64,000 nucleotides of DNA. Origin: an uncultured Clostridia bacterium (GTDB lineage Bacteria > Bacillota > Clostridia > Christensenellales > Borkfalkiaceae). Shown piece after piece: positions 26,301-33,496 of the stretch. The stretch spans positions 3,754 to 67,753 of the forward strand of contig CANQJJ010000006.1 of NCBI GenBank assembly GCA_947624215.1. The letters are read 5' to 3'. Within the stretch, counting starts at the first letter, position 1. Every line of letters begins with the position of its first letter. The notes beneath the pieces are model-generated. The model was given only the letters and a program-made list of their open reading frames with translations, had not been told where the DNA came from and searched no databases. The position numbers and the translations under genes are program-made.

Positions 26301-29300
26301 AGCCGGGCACGGTGCCGTCGAAAGCGCCCTTGGCAAACTCGACGGATTCTCTGTCGACGTTGACAAAAACTTCCTGCAAACCGGTGTTGTTCTTTGCGCT
26401 GCCGGAGAGGCTGCCGAATGCGTGCGCGCCCAACTTGGTGAGGTTGGCGGGCAGGGTGAGCGTCTTGAGGGAATTGTTGCGGCCCGAGGGATTCCTTTCG
26501 CTCTTTTCATCCCATCTCTCGCCGAGGAATGCCCTCTCGGCGATCTCGAGGTCCAGATCCTCTTTTTCGCCTTGGAACTCGATCTCGGAGAGGCTGGTCG
26601 TGCCCTCGAAGGCACTCACGCCGATATAGCGGACCTGCGGCGTGATGACGACCTTTCTGAGGTTCGTGTTCTTGGCCGCGCTGTCTCCGATGGCATAGAT
26701 CTCTTCGGGAACGACGAATTCCGTCGCGCGATCCAATGTAGAGAAGTCTGTGGGGACATAGGCATGGCCGATTGCGTCAACGTGCCTGTTGTTGGGATAG
26801 AACACGAGCTCAAGGCCGTATTCGCCTGTCTTGCAGAGAAGACCGTTGAGCGAGGTGTAAGTCCCGCCGATCTCCACATCCACATAGGCGAGGTAGGTCA
26901 TGCTGCGGAGCGCCTCGGTGGGATCCGCGGAGAGACGCTTGGGGAACTTGATGCTCTTGATCCGCGAGGTAGACATGTTTTCCTTGGGATCGCCGAACGC
27001 GTTCTGGCGGATGGTGAGCGTTTTCGCCTCTTCCTCACCCCTCTTGACGGAGTTGAAGTTGAGGATGCTCAAGTCAAAGAAGTTGTAGAATGCCCCGCCC
27101 TCGATGAGCGAAACCGTCGAGGGGATGTTGAGCGTTACGAGCGGGCAGACGTCGTAGTCGTTTGCGTGGAACGCGCCCTCGGGAATGGTCGTGACGGGCT
27201 TTGCGCCTTCATCCGTCTCGATCATGCCCGGAATGGTGTACTCCGTGGCCTGCCGTGCATACGGGTAGTATTCGAGCTCCATGCGCCCGCCGTCTGCCCC
27301 GGCATTGAAGCGGAACAGAACGCCGTCGACGGAGTAGAAAGAGACGTCTGCGGGGATGCTCGACTCGACCATGTTGATCTCGGTGAGCGCGTCGCAGTCT
27401 CTGAATGCGGCACCGTCGCCCGCCAACGTGATCGACGTGACGGAATTCGGGATGGTGATCTTCTGCAAACGGGTAGACTTGGAGAAGTCTCCGATCGTCG
27501 AGACGGTCTTGCTGCCGAATTTTTCGGGCACGGTGACTTCGGTCACATAGTTGATGCCCTGCCCCTTGGACACCGTGACGGTGCCGTCGGTGTTGTCGGC
27601 AAAGGAGAAGATCGCGACCCACGAGGCCGTCAGCGTGACGTTGTCTGCATCGAGCCAATCGCCGAGGCTGTCGCCCTTGTAGTCGGTATACTGCGTCCTG
27701 AGCGTGGAATCGAACCAGCCGCGGAAGGCATACATATTATTGTTCGTCTTGGGCACGGAAAGGTGGTAGGTATCGCCGAAGTAGACCTGCTCCTTTTCAA
27801 GCTCGCCCTCTCCGTACTCACCAAGATCGAAGGTGACCGTGTAGAGATTGGGGTTCCATTTTGCATAGACCGTGCGGTTGTATTCGTCTTGGAAGGTCTC
27901 GCCGTCGTAAGGATCGCCCTGCCCGTCCGCCGCCGTGTACCACTTGTCGAACGTATAGCCCAAGAGGTCGGGGGGAGTGGGAAGGTCGAGGGGATCGCCC
28001 TTTGCCCTGTAACGGGGAGCGGGATCTTCCCCGCCCTGCGCGTCGAACAGGATGGCGTAGACGGTGACCGTGACGCTCTTCCACGAGGAGCGCGTGCCGT
28101 CCGCGGAGACTGCGCACACGGAGATGGTGTTTTCTCCATCCTCCGTGAAGGTGATGGTGCATGCGGTGGCGCCGGAGACCGTCTCCTCCTCCCCGTCGTT
28201 GACCTTGACGATGTAGGAGCTGACGCCGAACACTGCATCCCACGAGGCCTTGCCGCCGGCATAGGTGATCTCACCCATCTCGCCGCTGCGGACGACGTAG
28301 TCGGGCGCCCACAGGGAGGTGCCGTTTGCGCCGACGGCACGTACGGACAGCGTGTAGGAAGTCTTGCTTTCATCGTAATACTCTGCCAGCGAGAAGGCAA
28401 GATCCGACGTGCGGTGGACGATCCCGTCGAGCATGACGTCGTATGATTGGGCTTCCTTCACTTCGTCCCATACGAACGTGGAGGCGGAGAGAAGGAGGCC
28501 GCCGGGCGTTGCGAGGCGCGTCTTCGTATAGGAGACGGTGGCAGCCTCGGGCGAAGCCCAGCCGAAAGCGGCGGGGATGACGGATACGGTGACTTCCCCG
28601 CTGTTACAATATTGTAAATCTAAACTGCGCTTGTCGCTGACGCTGGTCGTGGAGACTTCCTCTCCGTCGACGGACACGGTGACAAGGTAAGAGGTCGCCT
28701 CTTTCGCCGCATTCCACGAGACGGTGTCTCTGTTCGCGTCGATGGAAAGGCCCGTGACGGGATCCAGCGTTCTCGTGAAGGTATAGGTCTCGGAGACCGA
28801 GGTGAGATACCCCTCGGCCGTCGCCTTCACGACGAACTCGATGCCGCCCTCTTTCATGTCGCATTCGCTGAAATCGAAGCTGCACTCGGTGCCGCAGTCG
28901 ATATCGGTGTGGACATGCCCCTCGGAGCCGCAGTTGACGCTCACGAGATAGTTGGTCGCATTGGGAACGGCGTTGAAGAGAAGGGTGGAGCCCGTCACGT
29001 CGAAGGTGGAGACGCGGGCAAGCCCCTTATTCTTATAGTAAGCCGTCGCGGTCTCGCCGTTCATCGTGACCGTCACGACATAGTCGCCCGCCTTTTGGGC
29101 GGAGAAATCGTAATCGTAATTTGCAACGGCCACGGAGAAATCTTTCACGATGTCCCCGTCCGGGCCGCTCATGCTGATCGTATAGGCATTATTCCCCGTG
29201 AGCCCCTGCCAGACGACGCCGCTCTCCGAGACGGAGATGGCGGGCTTTTCGGCCGTGCCGTCCGACCATACCGCATAGAGCGTGATGGGCTCGTCGATGT

Positions 29301-30045
29301 TCTGGTCCACATACTGCGCGGTGAGTTTCTCGGCAGTATCATAGTGGCTGAACCACCAGCCGACAAAAGTATATCCCTCCCGCTCGGGCTTGGGAAGATT
29401 GTAGAGCTTGTGCCCCGCCGTCTGCTGCGCGGGGATCTCCTCGCCCTCGGGATAGTTGACGTTGAAGCTCACTTCGAATTCGGGGTTGATATTCTCGACG
29501 AAGCGGGCGTAGAGGGTGAGGTTGCCTCTCACGGGCTGGCTGAAATCATACAGACTGCGGAAAGCGCTGTCGGTATACCACCCGATAAAGACTTGCCCCT
29601 CCTCGGCGGGGCTTTCGGGCTTGGCGACCGTCTTTCCGTTCGTCACCTCGACGTCGTCGAGGTCGGCGCCGCTGAACTTGACCGTGTATGTAATCTTTTT
29701 AAGGAACGTGTACCCCCCCCCACGGTAATCGGTCAACCTGAGGGTATCGTTTTCGAGCGTGCCTTCGGCGGTCGCGGGGTCGCCGCCGTCGTTGAATTTC
29801 AGCGTCAATGCCGCGTCATCCAAGACATACGTCCCCTCCCGCGTCTCATCGCCCATTTCGAGAGAGAACGCCGTCTCCTCGGCAAGGGTCAACAGATACT
29901 CCTTTCCGTTGACTTCGCAATAGTATACGCCCATTTCTTCGCCGCTGACGCCCTTCTCATCCGAAGAGTTGCAGGCGGAGAAGACGGCCATTGCGCTGAT
30001 CAAAGCAAAGAGTATGCTAAGGATCGTTAATACTCTGCGCTTCAT
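20326..30045 (-). CDS. Giant surface lipoprotein (3239 aa): B-repeats, several Fn3-like modules and very long BspA-type LRR arrays
   Basis: AAGGAG lies 9 nt upstream. Lipobox signal MKRRVLTILSILFALISAMAVFSAC. B-repeats FIGWYTDSAF, FVGWWFSHYD, FDKWYTAADG and FRGWFDS. Repeated 'W..V..A..Y.V' Fn3-like modules. Hundreds of residues of '..IG..AF..C..L..I.' LRRs. Confidence 0.9.
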   Translation of the reverse strand: MKRRVLTILSILFALISAMAVFSACNSSDEKGVSGEEMGVYYCEVNGKEYLLTLAEETAFSLEMGDETREGTYVLDDAALTLKFNDGGDPATAEGTLENDTLRLTDYRGGGYTFLKKITYTVKFSGADLDDVEVTNGKTVAKPESPAEEGQVFIGWYTDSAFRSLYDFSQPVRGNLTLYARFVENINPEFEVSFNVNYPEGEEIPAQQTAGHKLYNLPKPEREGYTFVGWWFSHYDTAEKLTAQYVDQNIDEPITLYAVWSDGTAEKPAISVSESGVVWQGLTGNNAYTISMSGPDGDIVKDFSVAVANYDYDFSAQKAGDYVVTVTMNGETATAYYKNKGLARVSTFDVTGSTLLFNAVPNATNYLVSVNCGSEGHVHTDIDCGTECSFDFSECDMKEGGIEFVVKATAEGYLTSVSETYTFTRTLDPVTGLSIDANRDTVSWNAAKEATSYLVTVSVDGEEVSTTSVSDKRSLDLQYCNSGEVTVSVIPAAFGWASPEAATVSYTKTRLATPGGLLLSASTFVWDEVKEAQSYDVMLDGIVHRTSDLAFSLAEYYDESKTSYTLSVRAVGANGTSLWAPDYVVRSGEMGEITYAGGKASWDAVFGVSSYIVKVNDGEEETVSGATACTITFTEDGENTISVCAVSADGTRSSWKSVTVTVYAILFDAQGGEDPAPRYRAKGDPLDLPTPPDLLGYTFDKWYTAADGQGDPYDGETFQDEYNRTVYAKWNPNLYTVTFDLGEYGEGELEKEQVYFGDTYHLSVPKTNNNMYAFRGWFDSTLRTQYTDYKGDSLGDWLDADNVTLTASWVAIFSFADNTDGTVTVSKGQGINYVTEVTVPEKFGSKTVSTIGDFSKSTRLQKITIPNSVTSITLAGDGAAFRDCDALTEINMVESSIPADVSFYSVDGVLFRFNAGADGGRMELEYYPYARQATEYTIPGMIETDEGAKPVTTIPEGAFHANDYDVCPLVTLNIPSTVSLIEGGAFYNFFDLSILNFNSVKRGEEEAKTLTIRQNAFGDPKENMSTSRIKSIKFPKRLSADPTEALRSMTYLAYVDVEIGGTYTSLNGLLCKTGEYGLELVFYPNNRHVDAIGHAYVPTDFSTLDRATEFVVPEEIYAIGDSAAKNTNLRKVVITPQVRYIGVSAFEGTTSLSEIEFQGEKEDLDLEIAERAFLGERWDEKSERNPSGRNNSLKTLTLPANLTKLGAHAFGSLSGSAKNNTGLQEVFVNVDRESVEFAKGAFDGTVPGSIYDASYVRVVHLGPGVPALEVTDIFGSNMDEVDVDDGNPNYVQDDEGVLYDKEMTKLVFFPGDWNKDYKIPDMITNIAAGMFNGRAGLTGITIHKNVTAIGKEAFKDCTGLQYVTFDEGGTEPLTIGVSAFQNCKLLTKVDLPDRLKSIGTDAFMECASLTEFTIPKDTEELELFSLYNDSLRIFEDCDLLKEIKVDPENTHFVSEDGILYTARAVKKSPTDAEVSYVPDQLLYCPKGRTGKITVSGYVRTVATYSIGRFASYDTPAITEIDFKDAVPTYDPETGELQSTQITMPTTDTFMSPFSNLKSLLTVHLPKGLVSLEQYLFENCTALTTVNIPNTVTTIMAKAFYSVTNLSTLTFDPDDPAEAAPTAEEGEEGTEKKVTPLLIEDGASRQGAFSGMKLTSVIFPARITRIGAYAFQECNLLTSVTFLGAGSDFVIGQGAFQSCKGLTEIKFPETLREIGSNAFNNTGLTSLKLPANLETIGASAFGSNGALTGTLTIPKSVKTIGDNAFTGTGFSAIKFEDDSLILSIGGGAFGQMKSLTSVDFGVSNSSAGFELGSAPASQYAGGTGVFSGDTALTSIVLPLHLKRIGENTFLGLANLTSITFAESTTAKSKLTTIEKWAFSKTGISSFRFPESEEPITFTNSKNDATAQIFKSCPNLTEVYLSSSVATISNVFAGCNVKTVTVSPDSKYFEVDKELPIIYDKASKAIALIYGEYDNAKFEIASGSSIGGGAFANQTLLETVVIPATVRTIGAKAFENCINLKQVIIATGSVLETIEEGAFYNCTALESINLEAATHLQNFGNGASSSSQSAKGVFQKTGTKSANPLKITFPASVQKLGDYMFHESGVAELDFSATKIEALPTGYSSGTVGVFSQSTKLTTVKFPTTLTFLGTYSFYGDTALTTVDFGNNTSLKYIADKANTAPSHAGTGPSYVFVGCSALKEITLPSSVEVIGGYTFQNCTSLATIKGIDKVTMLCYHAFENTGLTSFTLPANEIAMGTHVFAKCAQLETVDLSQATITSSTGTTASSKVLNMIPANTFQNCSALTSVQLPDGITSFGANVFENCASLQSMDLSRFALTALSNSMFAGCTELTTVKLPVGDNLKYLGTKTFQNCISLKNINSSKAEADEEGEINLSGLTSLTRFSTSATANVTSSTDSYLFAGCTSIANVVLPEGFTLLGGYSFQGCTALTGIDLTGITTIGRYAFAGSGLTSVTVPAAATNVYEGAFSDCASLKDVTFAPGTGTVALTAGSITASTGAISKPGVFARSAVENITFSPRLKALTVATFAECLSLTEITLPAELTGTMGTYVFYNCSNLERADLSKLTIASLGDYMFKGCTSLNEVLLGDKLSFLGTNTFQGCTSLTGIDISNTAVTNLASSKTGNGSATTYLFDGCVNLQTVTTKLSQIKVVGAFTFRDCERLTSFDFSGVTDLGGGAFQNAGLTGTITLSAELANIRASSNVYPFTGCTQITGYNVGAGNDDFTVNDANALVGTDGTLYALPGGFSAEEGVLNLNGMDYKNVVLTTYLFAGLTNITKVILPDGMTEIPAYLFADSGVQEVEIPASVTSIGTNAFANTFALKQVTFLEPESGEPQPLTFAAGSTSATGTTGVFFGSSIENITLPDRLTVIAPGAFMNTLSLNTVVLPDTLTTIEDYAFYGSGLKSIEIPASVTSLGSPTRPKHPTPDKGSAVFANTLNLENVTFLKAAEGTEEQPLTVIAGYGSAKEKDEDKKIGAFEGSGIKHISLPGRLKKVADGMFAYSALETVELAPETTELGALAFGYSALKDGTIPETVTSVGNYVFCGSAITRLVVPGTVITIGHNIASLCPQLTEARFEDSAEGLERALTINQFFKNDENLETAYIGTGYTQLTTSAFLDCTSLSSLTLSEGLQLINSRALENCTSLMELVIPESVIALKPTSANSAASATGIAFSGWTSQQKICFRTSRYTTYALLGIDWMDFTDATIVFDYVPEAPAPDAQA

Positions 30046-30081
30046 AACTCTGCTCTCCTTTTTATGGAATGTATTAGGATG

Positions 30082-30111
30082 ATTATATCACATCTTATGG
30101 AGGCGTGTCAA
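30082..30111 (-). promoter_or_regulatory. SigmaA-type promoter, TTGACA-18 nt-TGaTATAAT (minus strand), for the giant-gene operon
   Basis: Plus strand shows attata at 30082-30087, tca at 30088-30090 (the extended -10 TG on the minus strand) and tgtcaa at 30106-30111. An AT-rich tract lies upstream at 30120-30210. Confidence 0.7.
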
Positions 30112-30328
30112 ACGACGTTGCCGCATTTTTTTATAAAATACAAAAAAATCCTATTAGAATTTCTTATAACTACATGAAGTTATACTTATTTTATACACGT
30201 TTTTTATAAAATCGGGGGCGAAAACCTATCTATTCGGCAAAACAGGAGCGGGTGCGGGGAAAGACTTCTCGCGCGCCAACGCGTGCGAAAAGTAAAAAAT
30301 AAGAAAAAAACCAAAAAATAACATCTTT

Positions 30329-30429
30329 GCGGGAAGCGCTCTTGCCCCCCTCCTTGGGACACACAAGGGGCCGCGCGGGCAGCGCTTTCGGACATGGTAC
30401 CCCTCTTTTCTCTCGGCCCATCTTCCCGC
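30329..30429 (-). other. About 100-nt GC-rich structured element closed by an 8-bp inverted repeat (possible sRNA, terminator or REP-like element)
   Basis: gcgggaag (30329-30336) pairs with cttcccgc (30422-30429). An internal hairpin is ccttg..caagg (30351-30368). On the minus strand an AT-rich island precedes it (30431-30490) and a T-rich run follows it (reverse complement of 30280-30328). Confidence 0.3.
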
Positions 30430-30714
30430 GAAAATGTATAGATATTGCATATATTACATGTATACTCATTTATGATATGCGTATATTTTACCGCAGACGG
30501 CCTTATCCCTCCCCGAAAGAAAAGCCCTGCCGCCCCGCCCGCGGGATCAAAAAAGAGCCCCCTGCGCCGCATGCTCTGCGGGGAAACCGCACGGTCGGTG
30601 CATTTTGACCCGTTTTGCGGTTTTCGGAAGCTCTCTTTCAGACATGGTTTGGGGGAATGCGGTCTATCCGCAAATTTTTCCGCTGTTTTGGCCGCCCCTA
30701 AGCCGGGGCAAAAG

Positions 30715-31020
30715 TCAATCGTCTTCTTCTTCGAGGAGGTCGTAGTATGCCTCAAAGACCTCGATGGCCTTGAGCTCGTCGTGCTCCACCATGAGAACGG
30801 GCGGGGCGTCGGGGGACTCTTCCACATAAAAGACTATGGCCTCGTCCTCGGCGACCCCCTCGATGCGGGTGATGGGCTTCAAAATACAATAGATCTTTTC
30901 TTCATACGGGATGACCGCCACCTGCTCGAAGAGGAGCTCGCGGCCCTCGCTGTCGGCAAGGCGGATGGGGTCACGGTCGTCCTCGTCCATGAGGACGTCT
31001 AAGATGCTCAGCACGGTCAC
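30715..31020 (-). CDS. DUF1292 (UPF0473) family protein (101 aa)
   Basis: A small acidic protein, ...DSEGRELLFEQVAVIPYEEKIYCILKP....DEAIVFYV.....L..V.DE.E...V...Y, the typical DUF1292 pattern. Confidence 0.8.
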   Translation of the reverse strand: MTVLSILDVLMDEDDRDPIRLADSEGRELLFEQVAVIPYEEKIYCILKPITRIEGVAEDEAIVFYVEESPDAPPVLMVEHDELKAIEVFEAYYDLLEEEDD

Positions 31021-31024
31021 CTCC

Positions 31025-32515
31025 TCAGCCGAGCGGCCCGTAGAGCTTTTCGAACTTCTCTTTGGTGATGAGCACGGCGCGCGTCCGCATCGTCTCGTCG
31101 AAGCGGGAGACGTACCCCATGTCCTCCATCCACTCGATGATCTTGGCCGCGTGGTTGTAGCCGACGCCGCACCTGCGCTGGACGAGACAGATGCTCGCCT
31201 CTCCCGCCTCGATGACGACTTTCAGCGCCTTGATGCAGCTCTCGTCCTCGGGGTACATGGGCCCGCCGCGGCGCTCCCCGATGAGTTCCTGCCCCGTCCG
31301 CGCGATGAACGTTTGGGCCTGTTTATGAAACTTGCGGGGATAGTTTGTTTTGGCGGCCGAGACGGCCATGGCGAGTTCCTCGCGGGAGGTATACGCCGCG
31401 CGGATGCGCCTGCCCTGAAGATCCGCGGTCCCCTTCATGAGCATGTCCCCGCGGACAGGCAATTTTTCCGCACCGCGCTCGTCGAGGATGACCCGCGATT
31501 GGAGCTCCTCGTAGACCCTGAACGCGACGCGCGTCGGGAAATTGCATTTGACCGCGCCCGTCATGACGGTGACGGATGTCATAAAGGTGGCGAGCACGAG
31601 GTGGATGCCCGCGGCACGGGATTTTTGCGCGAGGCGCTGGATACAGTCTTCGATGTCTCGCTTGGCCTGAAGGATGAGATCTGCAAACTCGTCGACGATG
31701 ATGACGATGCGGGGAAGCCTCTCCCCCTCCGCGCAGACGGCATTGTAGCCCGCAATGTCTCTCACGGGTTCGCCCGCCGCCGTCTTCTCCGCGAAGAGCC
31801 CGTATCGGCGCTCCATCTCCACGATCGCCCAGCGGAGCGCGGGGATCGCCTGCTCTACCTCGCTCAACACCTCCCCCGTGAGCAGATGCGGCATGTCCTC
31901 ATAGAGCGTAAACTCCGTCCGCTTGGGGTCGCACAAAATGAGCCGCACCTCGTCGGGGGTGTAGTGCATGAGAAAACTGTAGATCATGGTGTGCAGGAAG
32001 GAGGACTTCCCCATCCCCGCGCCGCCGCCGATGAGGATGTGGGCGAGCCGCGAAAGGTCGCCATAGACAAGCTCTCCCCCCGCGCCCCTGCCGACGGCAA
32101 AGAGAAGGCCATCCTCCCACCGCCCGTCGCCGCCGACGACGAGCTCCTCCGCGCGCACGGTCATATGTTCTTCCGCTTCTTCCGCGGGGGATACGTCCTC
32201 CCCGTCTTCGGAGCGGAGCGTCTTCATCGCCCTTGCGATCAGTTGCTGCCTACGTTCTTCGAGAGACGCCCGTCTTCTCGCGATCTCCTCCGCCTTGTCT
32301 TGCACCGCGCCATCCTGCACCGCACCCGTCACGGTGTATGTCACGCCGCCCGCGAATTTGAGCTCGCCATCGTCGACGAGCCTGCGCACGAGCCGCGCGA
32401 CCGTGAAGTAATCCGCCGAGAACCGCCTCTGCAGGGCGGGGATGGTCACCTCCCTCTGCTCCTTGATATATGCAACGATCCGCCCGGTCGGAGCGGCCTG
32501 TTCTTTTTCCGCCAT
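31025..32515 (-). CDS. Soluble FtsK/SpoIIIE-family DNA translocase-like ATPase (496 aa, no TM domain)
   Basis: Walker A GGGAGMGKSS. Walker B RIVIIVDEFADL. C-terminal gamma-domain-like wHTH ASICLVQRRCGVGYNHAAKIIEWMEDMGYVS. An extra N-terminal wHTH-like segment IPALQRRFSADYFTVARLVRRLVDDGEL. Confidence 0.85.
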   Translation of the reverse strand: MAEKEQAAPTGRIVAYIKEQREVTIPALQRRFSADYFTVARLVRRLVDDGELKFAGGVTYTVTGAVQDGAVQDKAEEIARRRASLEERRQQLIARAMKTLRSEDGEDVSPAEEAEEHMTVRAEELVVGGDGRWEDGLLFAVGRGAGGELVYGDLSRLAHILIGGGAGMGKSSFLHTMIYSFLMHYTPDEVRLILCDPKRTEFTLYEDMPHLLTGEVLSEVEQAIPALRWAIVEMERRYGLFAEKTAAGEPVRDIAGYNAVCAEGERLPRIVIIVDEFADLILQAKRDIEDCIQRLAQKSRAAGIHLVLATFMTSVTVMTGAVKCNFPTRVAFRVYEELQSRVILDERGAEKLPVRGDMLMKGTADLQGRRIRAAYTSREELAMAVSAAKTNYPRKFHKQAQTFIARTGQELIGERRGGPMYPEDESCIKALKVVIEAGEASICLVQRRCGVGYNHAAKIIEWMEDMGYVSRFDETMRTRAVLITKEKFEKLYGPLG

Positions 32516-32580
32516 CGTCGTCTCCTTTGGGAAATTTTTCCCCGAAGTCCTGCGGGAGGATGCCGCGGGACTACGCGAAA

Positions 32581-32609
32581 ATTATACCACAGACGGCAGA
32601 AAAAATCAA
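32581..32609 (-). promoter_or_regulatory. Candidate promoter, TTGATT-17 nt-TGgTATAAT (minus strand), upstream of the FtsK-like gene
   Basis: Plus strand shows attata at 32581-32586, cca at 32587-32589 and aatcaa at 32604-32609. Confidence 0.5.
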
Positions 32610-32736
32610 GACGTACGCAGGAAAGCGTACGCCCGTTTTGAAAATTTTTACCGCGCCGCTCTCTTTTTTCCGGCGGCTTGGAAAAGTATCCCCGGACCGA
32701 GGAGCAAACAGAGGGCGGCCCCGCTATGAGGAGGCG

Positions 32737-33363
32737 CTATGAAGAGGCGGAGGCGCCCACCTTCATGAGGCGGACGATGGAGGCGCGCTCGTTCTCGTCG
32801 AGCTTGTCGCGGATGTATTTGATGGTCTCCTCGAGCTGGGGGATCATGATGTATTCGAGGGCGTTGACGCGGCGCTTGTTGCGCTCGATCTCATAGGAGA
32901 GCAGCCTTACTGCCTTTTCCACCTCGGCGAGGCGGAGAAGTTTGGGCAGGAGCGCGGAGACCATCCGCACCGAGCCGTCGGCCTCGCTCGTGATCTCGGA
33001 GAAGGCATACGGGAGCGCCACGGGGACCTCTGCCGCCGAGAGGGAGATCTTGGGCACGTCCACCCCCATGATGCTCTCCGTTTGGCAATCGGCCTGCAAG
33101 TTCACCGTGGGCATGGAGAAGGCCGTCTCCTGCACATAGGGCGCCGTGAGCGCACCCGCCAGCGCAAACTGTTTGAGGGCGGCGGCAAGGTCCCCCTCCA
33201 CTTCGTCGCGGAGACGCTTGTCTTCTTTGAGGAGCACGGTGAAGCGGCGCACCATCTCGTCGGACTTGTCTTTGAGCAACTTGTGCCCGCGCTCGGCCGT
33301 CGAGAGGCGCGCTTTGAGCTTTTTGAGCTCCATGCGCGTTGGGTTTACATTCAGTCTTGCCAT
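32737..33363 (-). CDS. ntpD: V/A-type ATP synthase subunit D
   Basis: MARLNVNPTRMELKKLKARLSTAERGHKLLKDKSDEMV is the canonical subunit D N-terminus. It is the last gene of the operon. Confidence 0.95.
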   Translation of the reverse strand: MARLNVNPTRMELKKLKARLSTAERGHKLLKDKSDEMVRRFTVLLKEDKRLRDEVEGDLAAALKQFALAGALTAPYVQETAFSMPTVNLQADCQTESIMGVDVPKISLSAAEVPVALPYAFSEITSEADGSVRMVSALLPKLLRLAEVEKAVRLLSYEIERNKRRVNALEYIMIPQLEETIKYIRDKLDENERASIVRLMKVGASASS

Positions 33364-33402
33364 AATTTCTTGATTTGATTTTGACGTCCCGCATCGAAGA
33401 CG

Positions 33403-33482
33403 CAGACATGGGTGGCACGTTTTCAGACGTCATCTGCGGGTACCATGTCCGCATCTTGCGGTAAGTTTCGGACATGGGTGGC
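33403..33482 (-). other. Intra-operon structured segment: two direct copies and one inverted copy of C(A/G)GACATGGGTGG
   Basis: cagacatgggtgg at 33403-33415, ggtaccatgtccg (inverted) at 33439-33451 and cggacatgggtgg at 33469-33481, all inside the 133-nt ntpB-ntpD gap. The middle copy can pair with either flanking copy. Confidence 0.5.
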
Positions 33483-33496
33483 CGATTTTCGTCCCG

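Noticed and set aside
25327-28446. 1039-aa plus-strand ORF (and others such as 28909..30030 and 23746..24642) inside the 3239-aa gene
   Set aside because: Antisense shadow frames of a high-GC repetitive gene. No domain signatures.
30204-30827. 207-aa and smaller ORFs in the 30.1-30.7 kb gap
   Set aside because: Their composition is low-complexity and Arg/Pro/Ser-rich. They run through hairpins and AT-rich tracts and overlap DUF1292. No RBS.
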